Of a DNA stretch of 64,000 bases, positions 26,575 through 40,249 are shown one piece after another. The position numbers and the translations under genes were made by a program. How positions within the stretch are numbered: position 1 is the first letter of the stretch; every line of letters begins with the position of its first letter. The notes under the pieces are model-generated. The model worked only from the letters and a program-made list of their open reading frames with translations. It did no database searches and had not been told where the DNA came from. The DNA is from Eledone cirrhosa. Taxonomy: Eukaryota. The stretch covers positions 44,330,001 to 44,394,000 of the forward strand of contig OZ024753.1 in the NCBI GenBank assembly GCA_964016885.1, written 5' to 3'.

Positions 26575-27024
26575 CAATGAAATTATTGTGTACAGTGCTC
26601 AGGAGCACTACAACTCATCAAAAGTGCATGTATAGTACATAGAAGAATGTACAAATGTCAGGAAAGGTAACAGTGTATGAGTCATGATATAAGTCATAAT
26701 TGTTTCTACTTTAGGCACAAGGCCAGCAATTACCCAGTGCATTACTGGTACTTTATTTTATCGACCCCATAAGGATGAAAGGCAAAGTCAACCTCGGCGG
26801 GATTTGAACTCACATCGTAAAGGGACGTAACTATGCTGGAAAGCATGGCGTCCGACCCTCTACTGATACTGCCAATCCACGAGATGTGATATATGGCACA
26901 TGTATATCATGACTCATACACTATTCACTTCCCTGACATTTGTATATTGTTCTATGTACTATACATGCACCTTTGATGAGTTGTAGTGCACCTGAGCACT
27001 GTACACAATAATTTCATTATTGTT
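26575..27024. repeat. ~115-bp inverted repeat of a short (ATT)n-tailed retroelement end, flanking a SINE
   Basis: Arms 26575-26691 and 26903-27024 are reverse complements. Solo short copies (CATGCACCTTTGATGAGTTGTAGTGCACCTGAGCACTGTACACAA...) lie at 5405, 18408 and 27645. Confidence 0.8.
26697..26880 (-). mobile_element. tRNA-derived SINE (Meta-like), inside an inverted repeat
   Basis: Full-length reverse copy nearly identical to 61446-61625. Confidence 0.88.
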
Positions 27025-27329
27025 ATACATCTAAGTCTTATATTTATAATGAAATAAACTCTATTTTATTTAATTAATTATGAAGATTTGTGGGATATAC
27101 TGAAGTTATTAATAATTTCATCCCCAAGATAGTGACTTAATATCTGTTTCTTATATAAAATTATTTTAGAAGATTTTAATTTAATATGAATATTTATATT
27201 TCAATTAATTTATGAAGGATTTTGAGGAATTTATAAACATTATTAATGATTTGATTACTAAGATAGTAACTTAACACATGGTTCTTATATGAAATTATGT
27301 TGGAAGATATTGATTTAAATAGGAACACT

Positions 27330-27545
27330 TTAACTCTTGAGCTTTTAAACAAACCATATCCAGCCAGAATTCTCTCACCTCTTTCTGTTCAAGCCGGCTG
27401 TAACCAGCTGCTCATACTGATGTTAAGGTATTGTTCTCAAAATAAATAATTTCAAAATCTCATAGATTCGACATTATGTGAGATAAAGACTTTACCATGA
27501 AAATATAATAGTATATATAGAGTAATATAAATTGTAAAGGGTTAA
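27330..27545 (-). mobile_element. piggyBac-type MITE, diverged unit-length copy
   Basis: TTAA at both ends; body GAATTCTCTCACCTCTTTCTGTTCAA is shared with the family. Confidence 0.8.
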
Positions 27546-28195
27546 ATGGGGAGATTTTATGGAACCAGAGCCATATTTTGGCTAGGTTGGTATCAAAATG
27601 GTTAAACAGAAATACAAAACCAACCAACAGATGAGTTGTACTACACATGCACCTTTGATGAGTTGTAGTGCACCTGAGCACTGTACACAATAATTTTAAT
27701 GATTATTAGTTTTATTATTTTATTGGAATCATATCCTTTGAAACATTTTGACCTTGAGAAATTCATAAACATGAGGGAAAGTCAGTAATATCTTTTCCTT
27801 ATAATTCTCAAGACCTTGTGCCAAATACAAAAATCAATATATATATTATATATATTATTGAGTGAAAGACAGTTAAATGATTAAGATTATTTTACTAATA
27901 CACTGGTATTTATGCTATTTAAAGAGTAGTCCAGTTTTGAAAATTTACCATTTATAGCTGACTATTATAGATTCCTTTACAGAAGGAAAATTATTCAGCA
28001 GAAATACAGGTAGAAATTATTTCATTGGAAACTGCCTGTGGGACTAAAGCAATGTAAATAGTAACAATTTGAATGGGTTTATATCCTGGCGGATAATTAT
28101 CTTTAGACATTTCTACCACATGTTATATGAAACCAATCCTCAGTTTTATTAAGCTCATATATATACACACATGTACAAACACAGATACACACGCA

Positions 28196-28232
<37 letters not shown>

Positions 28233-28378
28233 GATGGTATATATATACACACACACACATATATATATATACCATCATATATATGTATATAGATATATAT
28301 ATATAATATAATGGCATATATATATGTATATGTATATGTGTGTGTATATATATATATACCATTATATATATATACATG

Positions 28379-28416
<38 letters not shown>

Positions 28417-28442
28417 ATTACATATATATACATGTATATGTG

Positions 28443-28482
<40 letters not shown>

Positions 28483-28573
28483 ATCATATATATACATGTA
28501 TATGTGTATATATATACCATCATATATATACGTGTATATGTGTATATATATATATATACCATCATATATATAC

Positions 28574-28613
<40 letters not shown>

Positions 28614-28784
28614 CATCATATATATATATACATCATGTATATATATGATGCTCTATATATATATATATGATGCTCTCTCTCTATATATATATATGATGCT
28701 ATATATATATATATATATATATAGAGCATCATATATATACATGTGTATCTATATATATATATATATATAGCATCATATATATAC

Positions 28785-28830
<46 letters not shown>

Positions 28831-28872
28831 CATCATATATATACATGTGTGTATATATACATATATAAGATC

Positions 28873-28948
<76 letters not shown>

Positions 28949-29212
28949 GTGTGTGTGTGTGAGTATGTTTGCATTAGTAGAGTATAAGATTGGTTTGTAT
29001 CTCTGCCCCTAAGGTTTGGACAGAGAGAAAGAGAGTTTCTAACAGTTTTACTTCGTACAAATTTTAACATACCATTAAATGCATAATACACAACCACTCA
29101 TACACATCTCTCTCTCTCTCACTCTTTCTTTCTCTCTCTCTCTCACTCTTTCTTTCTCTTTCTCTCTCTCTCTCTCCCTCTCTTTCTCTCTCTCTCTCAC
29201 TCTTTCTCTCAC

Positions 29213-29250
<38 letters not shown>

Positions 29251-29670
29251 ACTCTCTCTCTCTCTTTCTTTCTCTGAGGAAAATCAGATGTTAAATGATG
29301 ATGGTGATATATAATCATTATCATCATCATCATCATCATCGTCGTCATCATCATCATCATCATCATCATTGCAATCATCATTTAATGTCCAGTTTTCCCT
29401 GCTAGCAAGGGTTGTCACAGACATTTCAGTACTTAATCGGATCTTAAGATCTCTCAGATGAGCTGTGTTTTGTTCAAGGAGAAAACCCACCACCCAATGC
29501 ATGAGTTTATAATCATGTCCAAACCCTTAAGGACTCGGCCATGTGTGACCTTTGCTGGATTTCCCTTTAATTTGGATAAGATGTAGTTTAGGACCACTCA
29601 CCCCTAGGGGGCCTCATGTTTTAAAATTTATATTTTATCATTAGATTTTAAATCATCAATGTGTATGAGA

Positions 29671-29702
<32 letters not shown>

Positions 29703-30039
29703 ATGTGGGTGTATGTGAGAGTGTGTGTGTATATGAGAGAGTGTATATGAGTGGGTGTGTATGTGTGTGAGAGTGGGTGTGTATAAGAGAGAGGGTGTGT
29801 GTGTGTGAGAGTATGTGTGTATGTGAGAGAGAGTGGGTGGGTGTGAGAGAAAGTGGGGTGGATTGCGTGTTAAAGGTTTGATGTGTGCATGAAAGAGTGG
29901 GTGTGATTGTAACAGGGTGTGTGTGTATTTGAGTGAGTGGGTGAGTGTGAGTGTCTCAGAGAGAGTGAGAGAGAGGGTGTGTGAGAGTGTGGCTGTGTAA
30001 CAATTCAAATGTGGTAAATTAAACAAATTCACTGCTGTA

Positions 30040-30228
30040 CTTTACACACATGTACACTAACACATACATTTACACACACATGTACACTAACACACACATA
30101 CATTTACACACACATGTACACTAACACACACGTACATTTACACACACATGTACACTAACACACACGTACATTTACACACACATGTACACTAACACACACG
30201 TACATTTACACACACATGTACACACACA
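30040..30228. repeat. ~34-bp minisatellite
   Basis: TACATTTACACACACATGTACACTAACACACACG repeated about 5.5 times. Confidence 0.88.
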
Positions 30229-30781
30229 TGCACGTTACCTCCAACTGCAATGTGCTTGTACAACATCGTAGCTTAGGCAGGTATCTAGTACTTTTATATT
30301 TTGCATTAACAAAATTTCAAAATAAAAAAAACGAAAAATATACCAAAACACAATGGATGGTGCATATCTCTACATAAGCACTCTAATAGTTGCACTTATT
30401 TTCTAAATTGTTCATCTCATATCTGATTGTAAAATACTTGTAAATCAGAAGATATGGAGAGAGTCATTAAAATCAAAAGCAAGCTATCATCATTTTTAAA
30501 GTATCTTAGACCATAATTATGGCTACTAACTGTTAAATTCTCCAGCCCATTTTCGTTTGAATTCAAACTGATTAACTGATAGAATTTAGGGTGAATGCAA
30601 CTCAGCTCAAATTGGTAATTGCTCCAATAGAGAGAGAGTCTTTGATGAATGCTGTGAGATTTAACGATAAGAGAACTGTATACTATACTAAAGGCATTAT
30701 ACAATGACTAATAATGATTTCCGACTTTAAGTAAGGGAAAGAACTGGCACAGTATATGGTACATCAATTGTTTTGTGTGTG

Positions 30782-30812
<31 letters not shown>

Positions 30813-31093
30813 AAATCCACATATATATATGTATATCCACATATATATATACATATATATACAAAGATATATATATATCCACATATATATACATATATAT
30901 ACAAATATATATATATATATCCACATATATATATATACATATATATATACATCAATTGTTTTGTGTGTATATATATATATATATATAAATCCATATATAT
31001 ATATACATATATATATCTATATCCACATATATATATACATATATATACAAATATATATATTTATATATCCACATATATACACATATATATACA

Positions 31094-31128
<35 letters not shown>

Positions 31129-31913
31129 CCATGCCATATATATATACTTATGACCTTAGGATAATAGAATAAAATAAGAAAACGTACCGTAAGTTAAATA
31201 ATCTCTTGAGAATCCACCGGACTTTAGCTAAAACACAGAGCATGTCTTGGGATAGTGAAACATCTTTGTTCCAATTCTCAAATAACCTGAAGTGTATTCC
31301 TGCCAATGTTAAACCAAGAATCAAAACTCTGAAAAGTGGCTTGTAGGCAGGGAGGGCATGTAGCCATAGAAACCATACCAAACAAAGAGTCAGGAGATCT
31401 CTTCAGATGTATCAAGGACATAACTACCTCTCTGATGCTGGTACTACTATAAAATAGACCTGGAAAAGTGACTAGTGTTACAAAAGGCACCCAGGTGTAA
31501 AAACTGTGCCAAAGAGGAAAGTATTTGAGCAAAATGTGATCGCCCAACTCATCTAGAAGGGATGTAATTTTGGTAAAGTACTGACTTGGTGCTGATGTGA
31601 TGACCCGTTCAACCCATGCCAGCATAAAAACAATAAACTTATATAAAATGATGATAATGATGATATTAAAGAATTGTAACATCTGAAATAGTAAAACTAT
31701 TAATTATTTTTCCCATGAAGAAGCCATAGCAATTATAGAAGTACATTTAATCGGCAATTTTATATTAATTACGAAAGTGCTGAGAATAAAATTTTCTGTA
31801 CTTTGTGAATTAATAAAAATGTCAAACTTGTTTATTGCTTATTGTTGTTGACTTTTTTTAGGAGAGTCTGAAACAGCTGCCATTCTTGTAAACATGGTAT
31901 TTGGCTTTTATGT

Positions 31914-32695
31914 ATTTCTGATTTAGGCACAATGTCAGCAATTTGAAGGGAAGGGGAAGTCGACTAAATCAACCCAGTGTGTTACTGGTACTTTATTTTA
32001 TTGCCCCTGTAAGCATGAAAGGAAAAGTTATGACCTTGGTGAGATTTGAACTCAGAACATAAAGGGCTTCAACTCTATGCCACAAAACGTTGCCCGATGC
32101 TCTACTGATACTGCTAATCCACCACCATTATGTAGTATCGGTAGAGGGTCGGACGCCATGTTTTGCAGCAAAGAGTTACGTCCCTTTACAGTCTGAATTC
32201 AAATCCCGCCGAGGTTAACTTTGCCTTTCATCCTTACGGAGGGGGTCGATAAAATAAAGTACCAGCAATGAACTGGGTAATTGCTGGCCTTGTGCCAAGA
32301 GTAGAAACAATTATAACATCAAAAATAATAATAATGGTGTCTGATTTAGGCACAAGGTCAGCAAGTTGAAGGGAAAGGGAAAGTCAATGAAATTAACCCC
32401 AGTGCATGACTGGTACTTTATTTTATCGACCCTGTAAGGATGAAAGGAAAAGTTATAACCTTGGTGGGATTTGAACTCAGAACATAAAGGGCTGTAACTA
32501 TATGCTGCAAAGTTGAAATACTTGTTTCTACTTTAGGCACAAGGCCAGCAATTACCCAGTGCATTACTGGTACTTTATTTTATCGACCCCGTAAGGATGA
32601 AAGGCAAAGTCAACCTCGGCGGGATTTGAACTCAGATCGTAAAGGGACGTAACTATGCTTGAAAGCATGGCGTCCGACCCTCTACCGATACTGCC
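31914..32695. mobile_element. cluster of four Meta-like SINEs (-,+,-,-)
   Basis: Copies at ~31914-32126 (-), 32132-32314 (+), 32337-32511 (-) and 32523-32695 (-). The last is flanked by TSD TGAAATACT. Confidence 0.85.
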
Positions 32696-34135
32696 TGAAA
32701 TACTGATAGGTTTTTTCAGCTGAGAGATTGGCTGTATCTCTCTGCTGTTTCTCAAGCGAAAATGACAGAATATTTCAAAATCAACCTGCTCAACAAGGAC
32801 TCATGCTTGGTAAGGCTGCTCAAATTAGCCACCAATGAACTACTCAAGCAAAAAGCAGCATGACAAATTGGTTAAGCAAAAAACAGACAGACAAATTGGT
32901 TAAAGTGGAGAGATATTGAGCCAAAGCAGCAAAGCAGTAATCTCATTAGAGATGTTGGCAGTGACTGCAGCTGTTTCAAAAGCTATTACTGTATCACTGT
33001 CTGTCAATAAAGAAAAACAAAAACTCCCCCCAAAAAATCAATGCCCAGAAGTAGCCTGGTTAGTATGAAAAGGGTTAAAATATTTCATATTATTTATATA
33101 GCAAATATATACTAATGTTAGCGAGAAAACCATCACTGTCACAACTTGGCCATTAGTAGTGAAAAGAGTTGTAGGATGGTAAGATAATACTAGAATTTCA
33201 ACTCAAAACATTAAACAGAAGCAAAAAAACAAAATGGAGAGACTTTTGATGTTTTATTCAATACAACAGACTTGCATGCAAGAAACCAGTTTTGTTAGTT
33301 TATGCTGTTGTTGTTACTTTTTACAGTAAAGGAGCTTTTTACTAGCTACAACTAGGTAATGGAGGAGGGGGTGGCTAACATAGTATATTGTTGTTGTTAT
33401 TGTTGTTGTTATTGGTGTTGTAGTTGTTGTTGGTATTGGTCTTGTTATTATTTTTGTTGTTGTTGTTATTGATGTTGTTGTTATTGTTATTGTTGTTATT
33501 GCTGCTGCTGTTATTGTTATTGGGGTTGATATTATTGGTGGTGTTGTTATTGATGCTGTTGTTATTGATGCTGTTGTTGTTGTTATTGGTGTTATAGTTG
33601 TTGTTGTTATTGTTGTTATTGATGCTGTTGTTGTTGTTATTGGTGTTATAGTTGTTGTTATTGATCTACAGTTTTATATCTTTTTTTTTCCATTCAAAAT
33701 CCTAATTTGCACCTTTTCAAATTTGTTCTTAATTCACTTTACCTGCTGAGTTCTACATTCGGGAAAATACACCAATACCCACACACATGCGCGCACACAC
33801 ACACACACACACAGACATACACATGCATACAAACATGCTCAACTGCACAGGCAGACACACCAACACACACACATGTATATATATGCAATACATGTATGTG
33901 TGTATGTATATATATATATATAAATGTACACATGTATGCCTGTGTGTATATGTGTTTATTTGTACGTACATACACACGTACACTTACATACACACACACA
34001 CACATATATATATATATGTATGTATATATATATTATACTGGCACTGGCACTTTACAGAGGATTCTGGGTATATTTTCTCATGACACCAACATGAGAGTGT
34101 CACAACTCACTCAGAGATTGTCAGTGACAAACTAA

Positions 34136-34436
34136 TGTGACATACTAAAGCGACACAACTTAGAGATTGTGACTCACTAATGTGACACAACTTAGAGATT
34201 GGGACTCACTAATGTGACACAACTTAGAGATTGTGACTCACTAATGTGACACAACTTAGAGATTGTGACTTACTAAAGTCACACAACTTAGAGATTGTGA
34301 CTCACTAATGTGACACAACTTAGAGATTGTGACTCACTAATGTGACACAACTTAGAAATTGTGACTTACTAAAGTGACACAACTTAGAGATTGTGACTCA
34401 CTAATGTGACACAACTTAGAGATTGTGACTTACTAA
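34136..34436. repeat. 32-bp minisatellite, ~9 units
   Basis: Unit GTGACACAACTTAGAGATTGTGACTCACTAAT. Confidence 0.92.
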
Positions 34437-34912
34437 AATATCATGACACAGTTTGGAAACCTTTAGTGTAGAATCTACCAATAACTCTTCTTATTAATCT
34501 GCTAAGATAGTGAACTAGATTGTGAATTATTATAGCCATTCTCAGCAAACTCTATAAACTACTACAGCTACAGCTGTACTGACTAACCAGTTACAGTCTC
34601 AAAAGAAGATACCATTAAACCAAAGAACAAGAAAACGAAAGTTATGTTACTACTTACTGTTATAAGAGAAGTATCTGCAGTTGACATGAGAAATTACCTA
34701 AGTTAAAGAATAGAGAAGATACACTATTGATGGTTGACTCAGTCAATGAACCTACTTAAAGTAGAAGACCAATAGGGCAAGGCATAATTAAATTTACAAC
34801 AATCAATCCTATGTTCTTGCTTTTGGGATATTGATAGACTGATTAAAATAACTTTCAGCACTGAGAAATCAATAAGTTTAGTGCAGTCCAGCCACATTAA
34901 AATTGAAAATGT

Positions 34913-35345
34913 TGATGGTATGCATATGTAAAGCTGATCAGATCTTGATACTTAACTCTGATGGTATGCATGTGTAAGTTGAACAGATCTAGATACTTAA
35001 CTCTGATGGTATGCATGTGTAAGTTGAACAGATCTAGATACTTAACTCTGATGGTATGCATATGTAAAGCTGATCAGATCTTGATACTTAACTCTGATGG
35101 TATGCATATGTAAGCTCAACATATCTTGATACTTAAGTTCAAAGAAATATATATGTCAGCTCAATATATCTAGATATATAGTCTACAGAAATATATATGT
35201 AGGCTCAGTATATCTAGATATGTTTCGTTAGACTTAATATCTTGATATATATATGTCCAAAGAAATATTTATGTAAGCTCAATAAATCTAGATATATATG
35301 TCCAAACAAATATATTTGTAGGCTCAATATATCTAAAGAAATATA
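34913..35345. repeat. 45/46-bp minisatellite decaying into a diverged array
   Basis: TGATGGTATGCA at 34913, 34959, 35004, 35049 and 35095, then degenerate ...GCTCAATATATCTAGATA units. Confidence 0.85.
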
Positions 35346-36645
35346 TATATGTAAGCTATATATTTTATAAGAAAATAAGATGCGATTTAAGGAAGATGTG
35401 GCAGATGTTTTTAGCAGTTATGCAATCACATAGAGGATCTCTGTAGTCACTTCATCACTTTTACATAGTCACATGAAATTAACAGAATATCTATTTTCAC
35501 TTATATCTTTGGATAATATAAATATTTCTATATTTTGATTACTTTGTTGAGTCTTGGTTTCTTATGTAAAAACTTCTGCATGAATACAAAAAGCAACCAA
35601 TCATGAGAGATGTAAAAATCCTATGATTACAACTATAATTGTTTTGTATAAATAACAGAAATACATTTTATTTTTTATTGTCGAGCAAACTCATAGCTTT
35701 TTATAAGGGAGTTGGTGGAGAAACGCAAATAACATAAATAATATGTGTATAATTACTTACACTGCAGAAATATAACTGCACAATTACAGGACAAAAATCA
35801 ATGGAATCTTTATTTTAGATTATATATATATAATTAAATATATTATTTATACTAATAATTAATAATAAGAAACGGAGCTGATATGTGACTGAGGTCGCTT
35901 GAGGTCATTGACCGATCTACCACCGCCATATCAGTTCTTTATGTTTTGTTGTAATCTAGTAATTGGTTACTTAAACTTTAAATCTTTTATGTGACTTACA
36001 CCTAAAGACATTGTCACATGTTTTACATAATCATCTGATGGTGCGGTCAGGTTGGCCATAGATATATGTATCATGATTTTTCAACTTTAAAAGAATATTT
36101 GGAATATGGCCATCTTCTCTCGTTGACATATATATATGTATATAGTATTAAGTATACTATTTATGGTTATACAAATACAAAAACCTTTTGTAGTTTTATA
36201 TATTTTTACAAACCCTAAATAGTGATAGGCAGTAATATATTACTACCTTATTACCAGTAAGTTAAATAGCTCAATGTAATAACATCAGATGATTTACAGA
36301 GCAGTTATATGAATTATAAGAATCAAAGAACTGACCCACAATGTTTGCATATGTATCTGTATGTCTCTTGGGTTGAAAAGGAGGTCATATAAGTGTTCAT
36401 TCAATAATAAATTGCTCCGAAGAATCCAAACCTTGGTTTGGAGGAAACAGTTGTAAGCATAAAAATGTTTTGAACAGTTCTTTGATTCTTATAATTCATA
36501 TATGTATATATATGTATGTATATATATGTATATATATGTATATATATATATGTATGTATATATACATATATGTATATATACATATATGTATATATATATA
36601 CATGTGTATGTATATATATATGTATATATATATATGTATATATGT

Positions 36646-37251
36646 GTCAGGTCACCAGTTGGTGCTACTGGTAACATGTATCCCAGTACAACCTGTCCCA
36701 TGGTCGGGTCGTTGGCGACTAAACTGGCAACCCCACCAAGGTTTCTTGGTGAGGAGGGTGACTTTGGACATCCTGCAGGACTAAAAACAAAACCTGTCAA
36801 AGGGCAAAGGAGCTCTTAAGAGTCAATGACCATTCAAAATCACCGGGAGAGATGACCCCTTAGCCTTTGTCAAGGCAGAATTCTAGGAGAAGGAAAACTC
36901 TGATATAACACCTGCAACCCTGATGGTATCCAATGATGTTGACTTGTTCTTCTTTTTGGTAAATATCATCTTGGTTAAGAGAGTGGGACTGGCTTTGTGC
37001 AGTGCCTTTGCTCACTATAAAAGCTTCACGGCACAGGCATTGCTTTATATCTGGAGATCTCTCTGCACTTGTCGTCACATGGTACCATGGGCCCAGCACT
37101 GTGTCAATAATTGTCACAAGTGTAGTGTTTGTACCAGAGTTTTCAAGTCGCTGGCTGGACTAAAAAGTCACACTTGTTCAGCGCATCGGTAGGGGTTCTC
37201 CTACATGGATATAAAGTAGTGGCCGTACTCGAAAACGAGTTGGCAGCCACC
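36646..37251 (+). mobile_element. bipartite non-autonomous RTE-derived retroelement, copy 2
   Basis: CTAGGAGAAGGAAAACTCTGA at ~36883; C-x2-C-x12-H-x4-H ([22 protein letters not shown]) just before the stop at 37192; same termini as copy 1. Confidence 0.82.
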
Positions 37252-37266
37252 ATATGTATATATATA

Positions 37267-38130
37267 CATCATCATCATCATTTAATGTCTATCTTCCACG
37301 CTAGCATGGGTTTAGACGGGAATTGTCCCACTTGAGGCATAATTGGTTGTCTTGCTCGTATAGGACTGTCTGGCAGGTTTACTATGGCTGGATGCCCTTC
37401 CTAACACCAACCACATTTACAGTGTGGACTGAGAGGTTTTTACCGTGTTACCTACATGGCCACATAACAGTGTGGACTGTGTTTTTTTTGTCGTGACACC
37501 TACACAACCTCATTTATTTAGGACTGGATGTTATGGTACAAACATAACTTTACAGAGAAAGGGGTGGTGTTGGTGGGGAGATGGGGTAGTGGGATAGGGG
37601 TGTATATTTGATTAAGAGGTGCATACTGATTGTAGGTTTCGCTTTATACTTAGGCAAGGCGGGTTTTCTGTATTACTGCTTAGCGCCAAAGATCTCGGTC
37701 CAGTGACATTGTCTTAGAGAGGTGCAAGTGTGTAAGGTCAGAATTTATCAAGTCGTCCCAGGTTTTCCCGGGTCTGCCTACTCCGTAACTTCCGTCAATT
37801 TTCATCGCCCTGCACTTTTTTATACAGCTGTTGTCTTTCATGCGCATCACATGACCGTACCAACGTACTCTTCTCTCGAGTAAAGAGCATTTGATCCCTC
37901 TTATACCTAATTTCTCACTTAGTTTATTTATGCTTTGCCGTTCACGTATATTACTATTACACATCCAGCGGAGCATGCAAGCTTCGTTCCTTTCCAGTCT
38001 GCACAGATCCTCTGCACACAATGCCCATGTCTCACTGCCATGTAACATTGCTGTTCGTATGCAGGCATCATACAGTCTGCCTTTTATTTTTAGAGAGAAA
38101 CCTTTAGCGGCCAATAGTGGTATAAGCTCT
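37267..38130 (-). mobile_element. 5'-truncated RTE-clade LINE: ORF C-terminus (38130-37680) + long 3' UTR + (GAT)n tail
   Basis: Translation [20 protein letters not shown]...[12 protein letters not shown]...[15 protein letters not shown]...DRDLWR is typical of the post-RT C-terminus of RTE elements. Confidence 0.9.
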
Positions 38131-38163
38131 ACATATATATATGTATATATATATATACATATG

Positions 38164-38195
<32 letters not shown>

Positions 38196-38200
38196 GATAC

Positions 38201-38237
<37 letters not shown>

Positions 38238-38330
38238 CATATGTATATATATATATATATACATACATATGTATGTATATATATATATATATGTATGTAT
38301 ATGTATATGTATGTATAGATATATGTATAT

Positions 38331-38741
38331 ATCATCATCATCATCATCATCATCAGGTTTAGCGTCCGTGTTCCACGCTTGCATGGGTTTGGACGGGGGT
38401 TTTCCCACTTGAGGCAAGAGTGGTTGTCTTGCTCGCATAGGACTGTCTGGCGGGTTTTCTACAGTTGGATGCCCTTCCTAACACCAACCACATTTACAGT
38501 GTGGGGCTGGGAGGTTTTTACCGTGTTGCCTACACGGCCACATTACAGCGTGGACTGTCTGGCGGGTTTTCTACAGCTGGATGCCCTTCCTAACACCAAC
38601 CACATTTACAGTGTGGGGCTGGGAGGTTTTTACCGTGTTGCCTACACGGCCACATTTACAGCGTGGACTGTGTGTTTTTTGTCGTGACACCTACACGATC
38701 TCATTTGTTTCGGCCTGGATGTTGTGGGACCAACATAACTT
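38331..38741 (-). mobile_element. RTE long-3'UTR fragment with 112-bp internal duplication
   Basis: Homologous to 37267-37550. GGACTGTCTGGCGGGTTTTCTACAG occurs at 38440 and 38552. (CAT)n tail on the left. Confidence 0.8.
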
Positions 38742-39443
<702 letters not shown>

Positions 39444-39694
39444 ACAACAAATACCATTGCATTAATATGCGACAATATACCTGAACTAACAAAACAGGTT
39501 TCTACCTTACTTCATGGTTGAGTGGTTAATGGTAGGAAGGGCATTCAGTGGAGAAAACAGTATACAGGTTCCTCCCTTCCTTCAAGCTTGAGTGATTAGC
39601 AGTAAAATGAGCTTCAACTATAAAACAACAACACCAACAACAACAACAATAATAACATAATAATAATGTCGGCCCTTGTGGCTAATAAATGAAA

Positions 39695-39744
<50 letters not shown>

Positions 39745-40249
39745 TCTTTTTCATTTCATTTTTTTTTTATTTTTGATAATAATAATACTAATAATGATCA
39801 CCATTCCATGGATTCAAGTTTGGTAAATGGATGTTTAAACAGCAAGCAAGAGAAAAACTCTGCCATTCAATGGTTTAATGGTTAAAATATGTTCTTAGTT
39901 TATAGGGTTTTTTTCAGGCTATTTTATAGTCTAATTCATATTCCTGCTACTGATGCTGGCGAACAAAACATGAAAAATATCCATGTTTGAAAGCTATGTC
40001 ACAACATATGTCTGTAAGTTTATATGTGCTAGGATATTTTCCAACACACTGATGCGTATGCGTCTATGTCTGTCCGTCTTCATATGTATACATTTATATG
40101 TATGAGTATATAAATATAAACATGCAAACACAGACACACTTACAAAAATACACACTAACAGAATACACACTAACAGAAACACATTGTGTGTCAGATGGAT
40201 GGAAGTCGCTCTAATTTATGTATGCATATATATACATATATATGTATGT

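Noticed and set aside
26965-27010. Box C/D snoRNA (TGATGA...CTGA)
   Set aside because: The boxes are only ~12 nt apart, and the sequence is a multi-copy retro-tail with an (ATT)n end.
35875-35937. Pre-miRNA-like hairpin (GAGCTGATATG/CATATCAGTTC)
   Set aside because: It has a large internal mismatch and I recognise no mature miRNA; it cannot be supported without small-RNA data.
37110-37192. Host C2H2 zinc-finger gene exon
   Set aside because: A single finger with no TGEKP linker, at the 3' end of a dispersed repeat; frameshifted relative to the upstream ORF or mutated in the other copies.
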